Shown here: one piece after another, positions 1 to 11,228 of the stretch
Position numbering within the stretch: position 1 is the first letter of the stretch
How the letters are laid out: each line of letters starts with the position of its first letter
DNA from: Methanobacteriota archaeon
Lineage (GTDB): Archaea; Halobacteriota; Bog-38; Methanoflorentales; Methanoflorentaceae
Direction: 5' to 3'
DNA: 64,000 bases
Assembly: GCA_963701995.1 (NCBI GenBank)
Contig: OY969693.1
Span: 743,724 to 807,723, forward strand
The notes under the pieces: generated by a model
What the model was told of the DNA's origin: nothing
Database searches by the model: none
The model's input: the letters and a program-made list of their open reading frames with translations, nothing else
Position numbers and translations under genes: made by a program

Positions 1-80
1 ATGTCCTTGTCGGGGTTCAGGTAGCGTCCCTTGCGTGGCGCGGCCGTGGTTATCGCTGCGAGGTATTGTTCGCGATCCAT
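1..80 (-). CDS. 5' end of a minus-strand gene that continues beyond the window start (N-terminus MDREQYLAAITTAAPRKGRYLNPDKD)
   Basis: ATG at 78-80 on the minus strand, GGTGA Shine-Dalgarno-like motif about 8 nt upstream; frame open to position 1. Product not recognisable from 26 residues. Confidence 0.3.
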   Translation of the reverse strand, partial: MDREQYLAAITTAAPRKGRYLNPDKD

Positions 81-230
81 ATACGTTCTTATCACCTCTC
101 TCATTCTTTAATCTTGCTTTGCGACGTGTTTCCCGACGTCGGTTGCGATGCTGATTAAGAAGCGGATTGTGTGGGACGTCGCGCCCGAAAGGTCGAGAAG
201 GGTAGTCGGCTGCTCGCACGTCTCCGTTGC

Positions 231-1136
231 CTAGACAAATTTCTTGAACATCATTGCTTGGAGTTGACTGATGCCGAGATGCCTGGATACAAGTGCAATA
301 TCGTTTCCCGTGACCGCCAGGGCCTTAGAGGGCGGCAGCGCCGTTGCTCCGCACGCGTAGATCGTGCCTCCTCGTTTGTTAGCCCCCAGATAGCCCTGAG
401 GCGTGCCTCCTATCACGAGAACGCCCGATTTCATGTCGATTCCGGCGAACGCGTCTGCGTCCCCGCGTATGATCACCGTCCCTCCATTGAGAAGGGCGCC
501 CGAGTTCATGCCTGCGCGGCCGGTTACGATCACTGTCCCAAGCCGCATGAGAATGCCGGTGCTCAAGTCGACGTCTCCTTCAACGCAAATTTGTGCGTCA
601 CACGCGCAGCGTGCGCCAACGGTGTCTCGCACGAGTGCATCAGACACGATGAGCTGTTTGCCCGATAGAACGTTAGGGGGTACAAGCGTATCGTCACGGA
701 GGCCGTTGCACACGACATCGGTGATCGATCGATACTTCTGGTACCCGGTCCGATCAGACGCGACCTCAATGACGTTGCCGATCGGCGCCTTTACGGCCCC
801 TGCCACGTACACCACTCCAGCGGTCATACTGATTCCCATGCGCGTGTCAACGTCGCCATCGACAATCACGTCGCCCACCGGGATGGTGGCGCCGGTACCC
901 GAGAAAAAGTGCAAATCGACGCCGAAGCTTGAACAAAGTCGATGTCCGATGTCTCCGCTGACGTAGACATCATCACCACGTTTTAGGGCCTCAACGACGT
1001 CGCGATAGGTGTATGCGCTCCCTTCTTGGTGCGGGATCCGGTCGCTGGGCTCCAGCTTCGAGCCTCGATGCTGCCAATAAAAGTTGTAGGTGAAATCTGC
1101 TATGCAATCAACCGGTGCGCTTAACTCGAGCTCCAT
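231..1136 (-). CDS. GXGXG-repeat beta-helix protein (glutamate synthase domain-3 / FwdC-like family)
   Basis: 301-aa ORF with repeated Gly-rich segments (VIVTGRAG, VIIRGDADAFAG, VLVIGGT, TIYACGA) typical of the GXGXG fold; assignment from motif recall only. Confidence 0.5.
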   Translation of the reverse strand: MELELSAPVDCIADFTYNFYWQHRGSKLEPSDRIPHQEGSAYTYRDVVEALKRGDDVYVSGDIGHRLCSSFGVDLHFFSGTGATIPVGDVIVDGDVDTRMGISMTAGVVYVAGAVKAPIGNVIEVASDRTGYQKYRSITDVVCNGLRDDTLVPPNVLSGKQLIVSDALVRDTVGARCACDAQICVEGDVDLSTGILMRLGTVIVTGRAGMNSGALLNGGTVIIRGDADAFAGIDMKSGVLVIGGTPQGYLGANKRGGTIYACGATALPPSKALAVTGNDIALVSRHLGISQLQAMMFKKFV

Positions 1137-1167
1137 TACAAAGCCATGGTGTGCGCGTTAGAAAACG

Positions 1168-1635
1168 CTATCGAAAAGGCTTGCGTTCGACGGTTAGCGA
1201 GTCGTCCCCGCGAAGCACGACGTGTCCTTCGACCGAGCTAACTTCGAGTCCGTTCAGTCCTAGAGAGCCGCAAAGTACGTCCTGTTCAGGATGCGTCCCT
1301 TTTTGGATATTACAGCGCAAGACCGTGCGCTTTCCTACCGATGCCACGACCTTGAGTCGCGCTGATGCGGGATGATGTTTAGGAAGCACGATGAGGGGTG
1401 AACCAGAGTCCCGGATGAGAGCGAGGGTGCAAATGATTGCGTCGGTGGTCGTACGATCGTTGCTGAAACCCGATGCGACGAGAAGATCTTCGGGGTCAAC
1501 GGTCATTACGATCTCGTCATCTACCGTCTCGATGAAGAGCTGCCGGGCGGCCCCTGACTTCACGACGCCGATCACGCCGTCAGCACTGCGCACAAACAGG
1601 ATCTCGTCGGCGTCGAGCGGTATGCGCTGTTCCAT
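1168..1635 (-). CDS. hypothetical protein, immediately upstream of and co-directional with the GXGXG protein
   Basis: 155-aa ORF ending 31 nt before the next gene start; no recognisable motif. Confidence 0.35.
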   Translation of the reverse strand: MEQRIPLDADEILFVRSADGVIGVVKSGAARQLFIETVDDEIVMTVDPEDLLVASGFSNDRTTTDAIICTLALIRDSGSPLIVLPKHHPASARLKVVASVGKRTVLRCNIQKGTHPEQDVLCGSLGLNGLEVSSVEGHVVLRGDDSLTVERKPFR

Positions 1636-1706
1636 GCTGGCACTCTTGATAGTCCAAAACCACTAGTAAGAAAAGGGGCTCACGAAAGGCTTCACAGTGC
1701 TAGGTG

Positions 1707-1865
1707 CTACGCTTCAAGCTCTGTTATGTCTTCCGATTGGCAGGATGGGCACATCGGGTTCTTGCCTATGCCCTTGAACTTCGACCCGCACTCTTTGCAA
1801 GCGTATTGTTTCGCTTCGAGTCGCTTTATGTCTTCGTTTCCAAACGGGCCACCGACCGTACACAT
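1707..1865 (-). CDS. small zinc-ribbon protein (52 aa, two CxxC pairs)
   Basis: Hand translation of the minus strand: MCTVGGPFGNEDIKRLEAKQYACKECGSKFKGIGKNPMCPSCQSEDITELEA; below the ORF-track length cut-off. Divergent from uvrB. Confidence 0.4.
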   Translation of the reverse strand: MCTVGGPFGNEDIKRLEAKQYACKECGSKFKGIGKNPMCPSCQSEDITELEA

Positions 1866-2045
1866 GGTGAACTCTCCTTAGTACAACCATGCTCTTGAGT
1901 GCGTATAAGGGTTTCCTTAGGCTGCCGAATTAGTTTCATTTGCTTTAAGACAAGGTTATATGCGGTTAGAGGGAAAAAACATGGTGGCGCCGCTAGCTTG
2001 GAGTATCCCTCTGTCGTCCAATATAGCTTGTAAATAATAATTTAG

Positions 2046-2053
2046 TTTATATT
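2046..2053 (+). promoter_or_regulatory. TATA-box-like element (TTTATATT) upstream of uvrB
   Basis: AT-rich TTTATATT lies 27-34 bp upstream of the uvrB ATG, consistent with an archaeal promoter and a leaderless or short-leader transcript; inference only. Confidence 0.3.
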
Positions 2054-2079
2054 AAATTAAGTCCACATCCAGTACGATA

Positions 2080-4041
2080 ATGTCTCAACCCAGGTTCACC
2101 CTAAGTTCATCGTTCAAGCCGACCGGAGATCAGCCTAAGGCAATCGCGGAGCTCGTCAACGGTATCAACGGAGGAGAGAAGCACCAGACGCTCCTCGGCG
2201 TCACGGGCTCAGGAAAGACGTTCACGGTCGCAAACTTGATCGCGCACGTGCAAAAGCCCACACTCGTCATTGCGCACAACAAGACGTTAGCCGCACAGCT
2301 CTATAAGGAGTTCAGGGAGTTCTTCCCGCAAAACGCGGTTGAGTACTTCGTGAGCTATTACGATTATTATCGCCCTGAGGCCTACATCCCGCACACCGAT
2401 GTCTACGTGGCAAAGGAATCGTCCATTAACGACGAGATTGATCGGCTCCGGCATTCGGCTACCAAGTCGCTGCTGACGCGGCGTGACACCATTGTCGTTG
2501 CAAGCGTTTCGTGCATATTCGGCATTGGCTCTCCTGACGACTACCAGGCGTCCGTGCTCTCGTTGCAGGTGAGCGAGACCATCAAACGGAGCGAGATTTT
2601 GCGCAAGCTCACCTCCATGCAGTATCTGCGTAACGACGTTGACTTCTTCCGCGGGAAGTTTCGCGTGCGAGGCGACACCGTTGAGGTGTTTCCCGCATAC
2701 GGAAACACCGCGTATCGCATCGCGCTCTGGGGCGATAAGATCGAGGGACTCTACGAGTTTAATCCTGTCAACGGAAGAAAGACGGCAGCGTTTGATTTTC
2801 TCGCCATCTACCCGGCGACGCACTTCATCACCAACCGCGCGAGGCACACCGAGGCACTGCATTCGATAAAGCGTGAGCTCACTGAACGTTTAGAGTACTT
2901 GCGCGGCCAGGACAAGTTGCTTGAGGCCCAACGCCTTGAGCAGCGCACAAAATATGACCTTGAGATGTTGCGTGAGGTTGGGTATTGCAGTGGAATCGAG
3001 AATTATAGCCGTCACCTCAGCGGGCGCGCTGAGGGGGAGGCGCCCACGACACTCATCGATTATTTCCCAGACGACTACCTCCTCGTCATTGATGAGTCAC
3101 ACGTGACGATCCCCCAGCTAGTCGGCATGTACGCGGGGGACCGCTCCCGGAAAGACAACCTCGTAGAGCACGGATTCCGCCTCCCTTCAGCATACGACAA
3201 TCGTCCACTCACCTTCGGCGAGTTTGAGAAGCGGGTCAACCAGGTTATCTACGTATCGGCCACGCCGGGACCGTACGAACTGGCGAAATGTGAACACCCA
3301 GTCGAGCAGATTATTCGTCCTACGGGCCTAGTCGACCCGGCCGTGGACGTCCGCCCCGCTGAGAAGCAAGTCGACGATCTGATCGCAGAAATTCGAAAGC
3401 GACCGAGCGAGCGCGTGCTGGTAACGACATTGACGAAGAGGATGGCTGAGGATCTTTCCGAGCACCTTCACGAGATCGGCATCAAGGTGCAGTACCTTCA
3501 CTCAGACATAAGCACGCTTGATCGGGTCGATATCCTGTACGATTTACGACGCGGCGCGTTCGACGTCCTTGTCGGTATCAACCTCCTCCGAGAGGGCATC
3601 GACCTTCCCGAGGTCACCCTCATGGCCATACTCGATGCGGACAAAGAGGGCTTTCTGCGCTCTGAACGGTCGCTCATTCAGACGATCGGCCGAGTCGCTC
3701 GAAACGTCAACGGGAGCGTTATCATGTACGCAGACGTTACCACCGACTCAATGAGGCGTGCGATAGGGGAGAACAATCGTCGGCGTGCGCTGCAGCTCGC
3801 GCACAACGAGCGTCACGGGATCACTCCGCAGACCATCGTCAAACCGATCGAGGAGCTTGTCGAGCGCCGTCGGCCGGGGCTGGTAGCCGACGAAGAACCC
3901 CCTATAAGCGTCGTTGCAGAGGAGCTCGAAGAGACGATCGCAGGATTGCAAGCGGAGATGCAGCGAGCGTCGCGCGGACTTGAGTTCGAGCGGGCAGCGC
4001 TCATTCGCGACATGATTCGATCACTCGAGGGAGGGGCGTAG
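2080..4041 (+). CDS. uvrB: excinuclease ABC subunit B (UvrB)
   Basis: 653-aa ORF with Walker A GSGKT, helicase motifs and a C-terminal coiled region ([17 protein letters not shown]); TAG stop 1 nt before the uvrA start. Confidence 0.95.
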   Translation: MSQPRFTLSSSFKPTGDQPKAIAELVNGINGGEKHQTLLGVTGSGKTFTVANLIAHVQKPTLVIAHNKTLAAQLYKEFREFFPQNAVEYFVSYYDYYRPEAYIPHTDVYVAKESSINDEIDRLRHSATKSLLTRRDTIVVASVSCIFGIGSPDDYQASVLSLQVSETIKRSEILRKLTSMQYLRNDVDFFRGKFRVRGDTVEVFPAYGNTAYRIALWGDKIEGLYEFNPVNGRKTAAFDFLAIYPATHFITNRARHTEALHSIKRELTERLEYLRGQDKLLEAQRLEQRTKYDLEMLREVGYCSGIENYSRHLSGRAEGEAPTTLIDYFPDDYLLVIDESHVTIPQLVGMYAGDRSRKDNLVEHGFRLPSAYDNRPLTFGEFEKRVNQVIYVSATPGPYELAKCEHPVEQIIRPTGLVDPAVDVRPAEKQVDDLIAEIRKRPSERVLVTTLTKRMAEDLSEHLHEIGIKVQYLHSDISTLDRVDILYDLRRGAFDVLVGINLLREGIDLPEVTLMAILDADKEGFLRSERSLIQTIGRVARNVNGSVIMYADVTTDSMRRAIGENNRRRALQLAHNERHGITPQTIVKPIEELVERRRPGLVADEEPPISVVAEELEETIAGLQAEMQRASRGLEFERAALIRDMIRSLEGGA

Positions 4042-4042
4042 C

Positions 4043-6856
4043 GTGACGGAATCCATTCGCATCAAGGGCGCAAAGGAGCACAATCTCAAGAACATCGACG
4101 TTGAGATCCCGCGCGATAAGTTTGTGGTCATAACGGGGATCAGTGGTTCAGGGAAGTCATCGCTGGCTTTCGATACCATCTATGCCGAAGGACAGCGAAA
4201 GTACGTGGAATCGTTGTCCGCGTACGCCCGGCAGTTTCTTGGTCAGATGAAGAAGCCGGAAGTGGATCACATCGACGGCTTGTCTCCTGCGATTTCGATC
4301 GACCAAAAAACGACGAGCAAGAATCCCCGTTCCACCGTGGGTACGGTCACCGAGATCTTCGACTACCTGAGGCTCATGTTCGCACGAGTGGGAACCCCTC
4401 ACTGCCCGCAGTGCGGCAAGGAGATCGCCCAGCAGACCGTGCAAGAAATCGTCGATCAGGTGATGCGGCTTCCCAAAGAGACGAACATCACGATACTCGC
4501 TCCCGTTGTGAAGGACAAAAAGGGAGAACACCGTAAGATTTTGGAATTCCTGCTGAGTGACGGGTTCACACGAGCGCGCATCGATGGTGAGGTGCGCGAG
4601 CTTGATGAAGCCATCGACCTCGACAAGAACAAGCGCCATACGATCGAGGTCGTCACCGACCGTCTTACCATCGCTGATGAAGACCGGCAACGCCTCGCAG
4701 ACTCGCTTGAGACCGCTCTCGTGCTCGGTGATGGCGTCGTTATCGTCGACGTCGCCGGCGCCGAAGAGCTCCTTTTCAGTGAGCACTTCGCGTGTCCCGA
4801 GTGCGGCATCAACATGGGAGAAATTGAGCCGCGTATGTTCTCGTTTAATAGCCCGCACGGGGCCTGTCCGGCCTGCCACGGCCTTGGGTTTGAAAAGACC
4901 CTCGATGAGGACTTAATCGTGCCTGACAAATCCCTCCCCGTCAAGAGAGCCATAGCGCCGTGGGCGAAATCGACGAGTGATTACTACCCGCAGTACCTCT
5001 TGAGCGCGGCCAAACAGTTCCAGTTCGACCTTGAAGCGCCGTACGAAGAGCTGAACGACGAGCAGAAACTCCTCCTCCTCTACGGCTCGGGCAGCCAGAA
5101 AATGCTGTTTGAGTACGTCGGCCGACACGGTCACGTTCGCTTTCTCAGGCCGTTTGAGGGGGTGATCAAGAACCTGTCGCGTCGCTATCGCGAAACCGAC
5201 TCTGAGTACATCAGAGACGAGATTGAGAAGTATATGCGCCTGCGTGCGTGCGATGCGTGCAACGGCAAACGCCTTCAGCCTAAAGCTCTCGCCGTCACCA
5301 TCAGCGATCGCTCTATAGCCGACGTCTCGGCCTTGTCAGTCGATGCGGCGCACGAGTTCTTTGACAGCTTGCGCCTCTCCAACGGGAAAATGACCATTGC
5401 TGCTGAGGTCATCAAAGAGGTCAAAAAAAGGCTCAACTTTTTGCAAAACGTGGGCCTCAACTACTTGACGCTGGATCGAGCGAGCGAGACGCTTTCAGGC
5501 GGCGAGGCTCAACGAATACGGCTCGCGACGCAAATCGGTTCGGGCCTCGTTGGGGTGCTCTACATCCTAGACGAGCCGAGCATCGGTCTCCACCAGCGCG
5601 ACAATCTGCGGCTCATCGGGACGCTGAAGAGCCTCAGAGACCTCGGAAACACGCTCATCGTGGTTGAACACGACGAGGAGATGATCCGTACAGCGGACTA
5701 CGTTATCGACATGGGGCCCGGCGCCGGAGAGCACGGAGGCGCCATTGTGGCGACCGGTACCCCGAGCGACATCGTAAGCGATCCTGAGTCCATAACGGGA
5801 CAGTACCTCAACCGCGTTAAGCGGATCGAGGTGCCGAAACGACGCCGGACCACGAACGGTAACGCGCTACGCATCATCGGCGCGCGCCATAACAACCTCA
5901 AGAACATCGACGTTGAGATCCCTCTCGGGATCTTCACCTGCGTCACCGGGGTCTCCGGATCAGGAAAAAGCACCCTTATTAATGATATCCTCCACCGCAA
6001 ACTCGCCCAACAGCTGCACCGCGCGTACGGAAAGCCCGGCGACCACGACGGCGTCTTGGGCATTCAGCACATCGACAAGGTGATCACGATTGATCAGTCG
6101 CCTATCGGCAGGACGCCGCGCTCAAATCCCGCCACCTATACCGGGGTGTTCGATTTCATCCGGGCCCTCTTCGCGCAGCTTCCCGACGCCAAGGCCCGAG
6201 GCTATCGGCAGGGTCGGTTCAGCTTCAACGTGAAAGGCGGCCGCTGCGAGGCGTGCAGGGGTGACGGAATCATAAAGATCGAGATGCATTTTTTGCCCGA
6301 CGTGTACGTGCCGTGTGAGGTCTGCGAGGGGAAGCGCTACAACAGGGAAACGCTCGAAATTCGCTACAAGGGCAAGAATATCGCCGACGTGCTCGATATG
6401 ACCGTCGAAGAGGGCGTGCGCTTCTTTGAGAACATTCCGCGCATCAAACAAAAGCTGCAGACGCTCTACGACGTGGGGCTGGGGTACATCAAGCTCGGGC
6501 AGCCGGCGACGACGCTCTCCGGTGGAGAGGCACAACGCGTCAAACTGGCCACCGAACTCAGCCGGCGGAGCACCGGCAAGACGTTCTACATTCTCGACGA
6601 GCCGACGACCGGCCTGCACTTTGATGACATCAAGAAACTGCTCGCGGTGCTCGGCCGCCTCACCGATGCGGGGAATTCGGTGCTTGTCATCGAACACAAC
6701 CTCGACGTGATCAAGACGGCCGACTACATCATCGATCTGGGCCCCGAGGGAGGCGACGAAGGCGGTTACGTTGTCGCGCGGGGAACGCCTGAGATGATCG
6801 CCCGATCGGGCACGTACACTGGCGAGTTTCTCAAACGAGTGTTGAACGGATACTAA
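4043..6856 (+). CDS. uvrA: excinuclease ABC subunit A (UvrA)
   Basis: 937-aa ORF with two ABC ATPase modules ([10 protein letters not shown] and [10 protein letters not shown] Walker A motifs, two LSGGEAQR signatures) and Cys clusters for zinc fingers; GTG start. Confidence 0.95.
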   Translation: MTESIRIKGAKEHNLKNIDVEIPRDKFVVITGISGSGKSSLAFDTIYAEGQRKYVESLSAYARQFLGQMKKPEVDHIDGLSPAISIDQKTTSKNPRSTVGTVTEIFDYLRLMFARVGTPHCPQCGKEIAQQTVQEIVDQVMRLPKETNITILAPVVKDKKGEHRKILEFLLSDGFTRARIDGEVRELDEAIDLDKNKRHTIEVVTDRLTIADEDRQRLADSLETALVLGDGVVIVDVAGAEELLFSEHFACPECGINMGEIEPRMFSFNSPHGACPACHGLGFEKTLDEDLIVPDKSLPVKRAIAPWAKSTSDYYPQYLLSAAKQFQFDLEAPYEELNDEQKLLLLYGSGSQKMLFEYVGRHGHVRFLRPFEGVIKNLSRRYRETDSEYIRDEIEKYMRLRACDACNGKRLQPKALAVTISDRSIADVSALSVDAAHEFFDSLRLSNGKMTIAAEVIKEVKKRLNFLQNVGLNYLTLDRASETLSGGEAQRIRLATQIGSGLVGVLYILDEPSIGLHQRDNLRLIGTLKSLRDLGNTLIVVEHDEEMIRTADYVIDMGPGAGEHGGAIVATGTPSDIVSDPESITGQYLNRVKRIEVPKRRRTTNGNALRIIGARHNNLKNIDVEIPLGIFTCVTGVSGSGKSTLINDILHRKLAQQLHRAYGKPGDHDGVLGIQHIDKVITIDQSPIGRTPRSNPATYTGVFDFIRALFAQLPDAKARGYRQGRFSFNVKGGRCEACRGDGIIKIEMHFLPDVYVPCEVCEGKRYNRETLEIRYKGKNIADVLDMTVEEGVRFFENIPRIKQKLQTLYDVGLGYIKLGQPATTLSGGEAQRVKLATELSRRSTGKTFYILDEPTTGLHFDDIKKLLAVLGRLTDAGNSVLVIEHNLDVIKTADYIIDLGPEGGDEGGYVVARGTPEMIARSGTYTGEFLKRVLNGY

Positions 6857-6861
6857 GAGCG

Positions 6862-8673
6862 ATGCCACCACCTTCAGTCGCTGAGAGGCTTCACAACCTG
6901 CCGAGCAGTCCGGGCGTCTACCTGATGAAGGACGCCGGTGGAAGAATCATTTACATCGGCAAGGCCGTCTCACTGAAGAACCGAATCCGAACGTATTTTC
7001 ACGGCACGCCAGCGGCGCCGCGAACGAGGGCGCTCGTCGAGCGGGTCGACGACATCGAGTGGATCGTCACCAACACTGAAAAAGAGGCGCTTATCCTTGA
7101 GTCGAACCTCGTGAAGCTTCATAAGCCGCGATACAACGTTCGGCTGACTGATGACGGCAGCTTCCCGTACATCCGAATCACCGACGACCCGTTTCCGAGC
7201 ATCACCGTGACGCGCGCGGTGAGAAACGACGGATCGGCCTATTTCGGCCCGTACACGAGCGCGCAGGCCACACGTCAAAGCGTGAAGGCGCTGCGCAAGG
7301 CGTTTCCGTTGCGCAGTTGCAGCAGAGATCTGCGGCGCGTTCTGAGGCCGTGCCTCAACTATCAACTCAAGCTGTGCGCGGCTCCCTGTGCGGGCAAAAC
7401 GGATCCCGACGCATATGCTCAACTTGTGACGGGCATACAGCGGTTTCTCGAAGGGCGACAAGACGACATTCTCACTGAGCTCAAGCGCGAGATGAACGGC
7501 GCGGCGATGGACATGGAGTTCGAGCGCGCCGCGACGCTGCGCGATCGCATTGCTGTTCTCGAGAGCGTGCGAGAGCAGCAGTACGTCGAGCCGCGTCGCG
7601 GCGACGAAGACGTCATCGCCATCGCCCGTGGAGGTTCACAGGCGTGCGCGCTCATACTCATGGTCCGCGAAGGGAGGGTCACGGGGCAACAATCGTACGC
7701 GCTCCGGGGGACCGAAGGGGCCGAGACGACTGAACTGATGACGGCGTTTGTCAAGCAACACTACTTGCACCTCGAGGGGCCCTACGTCCCGAAGGGCATT
7801 CTTCTCGAGCACGCGATCGAGGAGGCAGAGGCCATCGAAAATCTCCTCACCGAGATCAGAGGAAGCCGCGTCCACGTGAGCGTTCCGCGGGCCGGACCGA
7901 AGACGAGGCTCGTCGCGCTCGCGCACAAGAACGCCGAATCGATGCTCAAGAAGCCAACAGCGGCCGATGCGCTGTACGTTCTTAAAGACGCCCTTCGACT
8001 GCGCTCGTACCCGTACCGGATCGAAGCGTTCGACGTGTCGAACCTCGCCGGTGCCGAGGCGATGGGGTCGATGGCGGTATTCATCGACGGCACACCACAG
8101 GTTAGCGAGTATCGCTCCTACAAGATCAGAAGCGTCGCTGCGATTGACGATTATGCGATGCTCAAGGAGATTGTCGGCCGGCGATATCGAGAACGTGAGG
8201 GCCGCGCGGATCTCATCGTGGTTGACGGAGGAAAGGGACAGGTGCGGGCCGTCAAGGATACTCTGACGATGCTCGGATTGAGGATCCCCCTCGTCGGCCT
8301 CGCAAAGCGCGAAGAGCTCGTTTACGTGCCTGGTCGGTCAGCGCCTGTCGCGGTGCCGCAGATCGCGCTCAACGTGTTGATGCGCGTTCGTGACGAGGCG
8401 CATAAGACGGCCATCAGGAGACATCGCAACTTCCGTTCGCGCCGGCTCTTTGAGAGCACGTTGGATCACATCCCCGGCGTCGGCAAACGGCGAAAAGTCG
8501 AGCTCCTCAAACGTTTCGGATCCGTGGCTCAGCTTAAAAAGGCGAGCCTGGAAGAGATCCAATCCGTGCCTGCCGTTGACAAGACGACCGCCAACAGCGT
8601 GTTCAGTTATTTTAACAAGCGGCAGAAGGTCGCCCGAGTGCCCACCTCGAATACGTACACGACGAACGCGTAA
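6862..8673 (+). CDS. uvrC: excinuclease ABC subunit C (UvrC)
   Basis: 603-aa ORF with an N-terminal GIY-YIG region (GVYLMKD, IYIGKA) and a C-terminal helix-hairpin-helix region; starts 5 nt after the uvrA stop. Confidence 0.93.
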   Translation: MPPPSVAERLHNLPSSPGVYLMKDAGGRIIYIGKAVSLKNRIRTYFHGTPAAPRTRALVERVDDIEWIVTNTEKEALILESNLVKLHKPRYNVRLTDDGSFPYIRITDDPFPSITVTRAVRNDGSAYFGPYTSAQATRQSVKALRKAFPLRSCSRDLRRVLRPCLNYQLKLCAAPCAGKTDPDAYAQLVTGIQRFLEGRQDDILTELKREMNGAAMDMEFERAATLRDRIAVLESVREQQYVEPRRGDEDVIAIARGGSQACALILMVREGRVTGQQSYALRGTEGAETTELMTAFVKQHYLHLEGPYVPKGILLEHAIEEAEAIENLLTEIRGSRVHVSVPRAGPKTRLVALAHKNAESMLKKPTAADALYVLKDALRLRSYPYRIEAFDVSNLAGAEAMGSMAVFIDGTPQVSEYRSYKIRSVAAIDDYAMLKEIVGRRYREREGRADLIVVDGGKGQVRAVKDTLTMLGLRIPLVGLAKREELVYVPGRSAPVAVPQIALNVLMRVRDEAHKTAIRRHRNFRSRRLFESTLDHIPGVGKRRKVELLKRFGSVAQLKKASLEEIQSVPAVDKTTANSVFSYFNKRQKVARVPTSNTYTTNA

Positions 8674-8684
8674 TCAGACACGTT

Positions 8685-9659
8685 ATGGAAGCTTGGCGTC
8701 GCAAACTGATTTTTGACCCGTTACCGCCCCTCATCACGGCCCAGAACGAAGCCATCCGGTACTATGCGCGGAGGGATCTTTTAGGCGAAGCCGTGCCATC
8801 AATAGCGTCTCTGTGGGAGTTGAGTGAGGTGCGAAGGCTGCTTCGGAAACAGAAGGATAACGGCTCTTGGCCGTACCGCGGCGCTCGCCGCACCTACCTG
8901 CGCACGGCGGATAACTACGATCAGCTCGAAACGTACCGCATCGTTGGTGAGCTGGTCGAGAAATTCGGAATGACCCGCGATCATTCGGCCATGCGGCAAG
9001 CAGCTGAATACCTCTTTTCGCATCAGACGAACGAGGGTGATTTCAGAGGTATTTACGGCACTCAGTACTCTCCAAACTACTCTGCGGCAATTATGGAGCT
9101 TCTGATCAAGGCTGGCTATGCGCGCGATGAGCGGATAGCGCAGGGTTTCCAGTGGCTGCTCCATATTCGTCAGCGTGACGGGGGATGGGCGATCCCACTG
9201 CGCACCGTAGGCGCGAAGCTTGACTCTCTTATGATGAAGGGCGATCCGGTCCAGCCAGATCGCTCAAAGCCGTTTTCTCATCTCGTGACGGGCGTCGTCG
9301 TGCGCGCTTTTGCGGCTCACGAGCGACGCCGAGCCTCATCGGCGGCGATGAAGGCGGGCACGCTGCTCGCCTCGCGGTTCTTTCGACGCGACGTGTATGC
9401 TGACAGAAGCGCGGCTGATTTTTGGACGAAGTTCTCATATCCGTTCTGGTTTACTGACCTTTTATCATCGCTTGACTCGTTGTCGCGGCTCAGGTTTGAC
9501 CGGCAAGACACCGGAATCAAGCAAGCGCTCGCTTGGTTCGTCGCCAAGCAACTATCAAGCGGGGTCTGGAAATTGAAAATGCTAAGAGGAGCGGATAAGG
9601 CGTTCAAACTTTGGCATAGCTTCGCGATTTGTCGTGTCATGAAATCGTTCTGTGACTGA
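8685..9659 (+). CDS. uncharacterised protein with prenyltransferase/terpene-cyclase-like repeats
   Basis: 324-aa ORF starting 12 nt after the uvrC stop; repeated KQKDNGSW, RQRDGGW and HQTNEGDF motifs resemble alpha-toroid QxxDGxW repeats. Confidence 0.5.
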   Translation: MEAWRRKLIFDPLPPLITAQNEAIRYYARRDLLGEAVPSIASLWELSEVRRLLRKQKDNGSWPYRGARRTYLRTADNYDQLETYRIVGELVEKFGMTRDHSAMRQAAEYLFSHQTNEGDFRGIYGTQYSPNYSAAIMELLIKAGYARDERIAQGFQWLLHIRQRDGGWAIPLRTVGAKLDSLMMKGDPVQPDRSKPFSHLVTGVVVRAFAAHERRRASSAAMKAGTLLASRFFRRDVYADRSAADFWTKFSYPFWFTDLLSSLDSLSRLRFDRQDTGIKQALAWFVAKQLSSGVWKLKMLRGADKAFKLWHSFAICRVMKSFCD

Positions 9660-10026
9660 AACGCAGAGCGCGGCAGATCAGATTCGAGAAAGAGCTCCGG
9701 AGACCACGTCCCAAGCGTAATCTGTGAGGGGAAAGAGCAACTAGCTCCAAACGGGGCCCGCAGGGTAGTGCTAGTAGGACAAGCAGGTCTAAAGAGTCGC
9801 TGCGTCGTCTGACTAGATGTTCCCTCCAACGTTCTTTTTTGCGTGCCTAGGGGCACGTAGGCTAATCCCGGAAGAGCCTTAACGCGGGAGCGCTTTTTAA
9901 GTCATAATTCCGACACGAAGCAGCAGAAGCGACGACTCGGCCCAAGTTTGGGTATGCCGTCTTTGGGCTGCGAAGGACTGCAGGGGACAACTCTTTGATC
10001 TGCACCACCTCAAGGGGGGTACGCCG

Positions 10027-11040
10027 GTGAATGCTCTACTCTTCATTGTTAGCTTGGCACTCATCTTCGTCGGCAGCAGTCTCTTTACGAATGGCGTGGA
10101 ATGGATCGGGCGCAAGTTCAATCTTTCTGAAGGCGTCGTCGGTTCGGTGTTGGCCGCCGTAGGAACGGCGTTGCCCGAAACGATCATTCCCCTGATTGCA
10201 ATTTTCTTTGTCGCTGGAACGACTGGACAGGATGTAGGCATTGGAGCGATCTTAGGTGCCCCGTTCATGCTGGGAACCCTCGCACTGTTTATTACAGGTA
10301 TGGCCGTACTCATTTTGAGACGCCGTCGGGCGATGGGAGCCAAAATCAACTTTGACAGCCAAATAACAGGGCGTGATTTGAGCGTCTTTTTCCTCGTGTA
10401 TTTAGGTGCTATAACCGTCGCTTTCATCGCACCTCAGCAAACGAAAGCGCTCATAGCGCCCCTCTTTGTGGCAATTTACATTGTGTACGTATGGCGCGTA
10501 TTCAAGACCGGCAAGGGGGCATCAGACGCACCGACGCAGCCACTCACGCTTGATTCGTGGGCAGCGCGGCTAAAAAGCGTCACTGCGCGCCAGACCCCAT
10601 CGCTACGGCTCGTGCTTGCACAAACCGCGTTATCGCTAGTCCTCATCATAGCGGGCGCGCAGCTCTTTGTGAATCAGATTGTCAGTCTCGCCGAGCAGCT
10701 CCACGCAAGTGCTATGCTGCTTGCGCTTGTTATCGCACCTATTGCGACAGAGTTGCCCGAGAAGCTCAATAGCGTCCTGTGGGTCAGCCAAGGCAAGGAT
10801 GCGCTCGCCTTGGGGAACATAACGGGGGCAATGGTGTTCCAGAGCTGCATTCCGGTGGCATTTGGCGTAGCGTTCACCTCGTGGGTGCTTGGGCCCATCG
10901 AGCTCATAAGCGCAATACTTGCTCTCATAGCGGGCATTTGGGTCTGCGTGCTTGCGGCCAGAGCGAAGCTGACGGCACCAGCGCTCATCTTCAATGGGGT
11001 CCTTTACCTGCTGTTCCTGTCGGTCGTGCTCCGGGGTTAG
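10027..11040 (+). CDS. sodium/calcium exchanger (CaCA family) membrane protein
   Basis: 337-aa polytopic ORF with duplicated alpha-repeat-like segments (GSVLAAVGTALPE and GNITGAMVFQ); GTG start. Confidence 0.75.
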   Translation: MNALLFIVSLALIFVGSSLFTNGVEWIGRKFNLSEGVVGSVLAAVGTALPETIIPLIAIFFVAGTTGQDVGIGAILGAPFMLGTLALFITGMAVLILRRRRAMGAKINFDSQITGRDLSVFFLVYLGAITVAFIAPQQTKALIAPLFVAIYIVYVWRVFKTGKGASDAPTQPLTLDSWAARLKSVTARQTPSLRLVLAQTALSLVLIIAGAQLFVNQIVSLAEQLHASAMLLALVIAPIATELPEKLNSVLWVSQGKDALALGNITGAMVFQSCIPVAFGVAFTSWVLGPIELISAILALIAGIWVCVLAARAKLTAPALIFNGVLYLLFLSVVLRG

Positions 11041-11228
11041 CAGTCTCAGATCAAAAGCTTCTTCGAAGTTTTTCCGACCTGCTAGTTAATCTTTGGTCAG
11101 GCGGGGCGCTTGGCTCTTGCTGCGTCACGAACGTATGCGGACGCTCTCGTAATTGAATTCCCCCAAATCGTTAGCTAAAAAAACGAAAAGACCAGCGCTA
11201 GACCAGTTTCCCACGCCTGCAATCCGAT

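Noticed and set aside
4157-4879. Long antisense ORFs inside uvrA, uvrB, sdhA and other genes (e.g. 4157-4879, 6122-6871, 2287-2862, 46830-47663, 14066-14803, 20606-21241)
   Set aside because: Shadow ORFs typical of GC-rich coding DNA; they overlap strongly supported genes on the opposite strand and have biased low-complexity composition.
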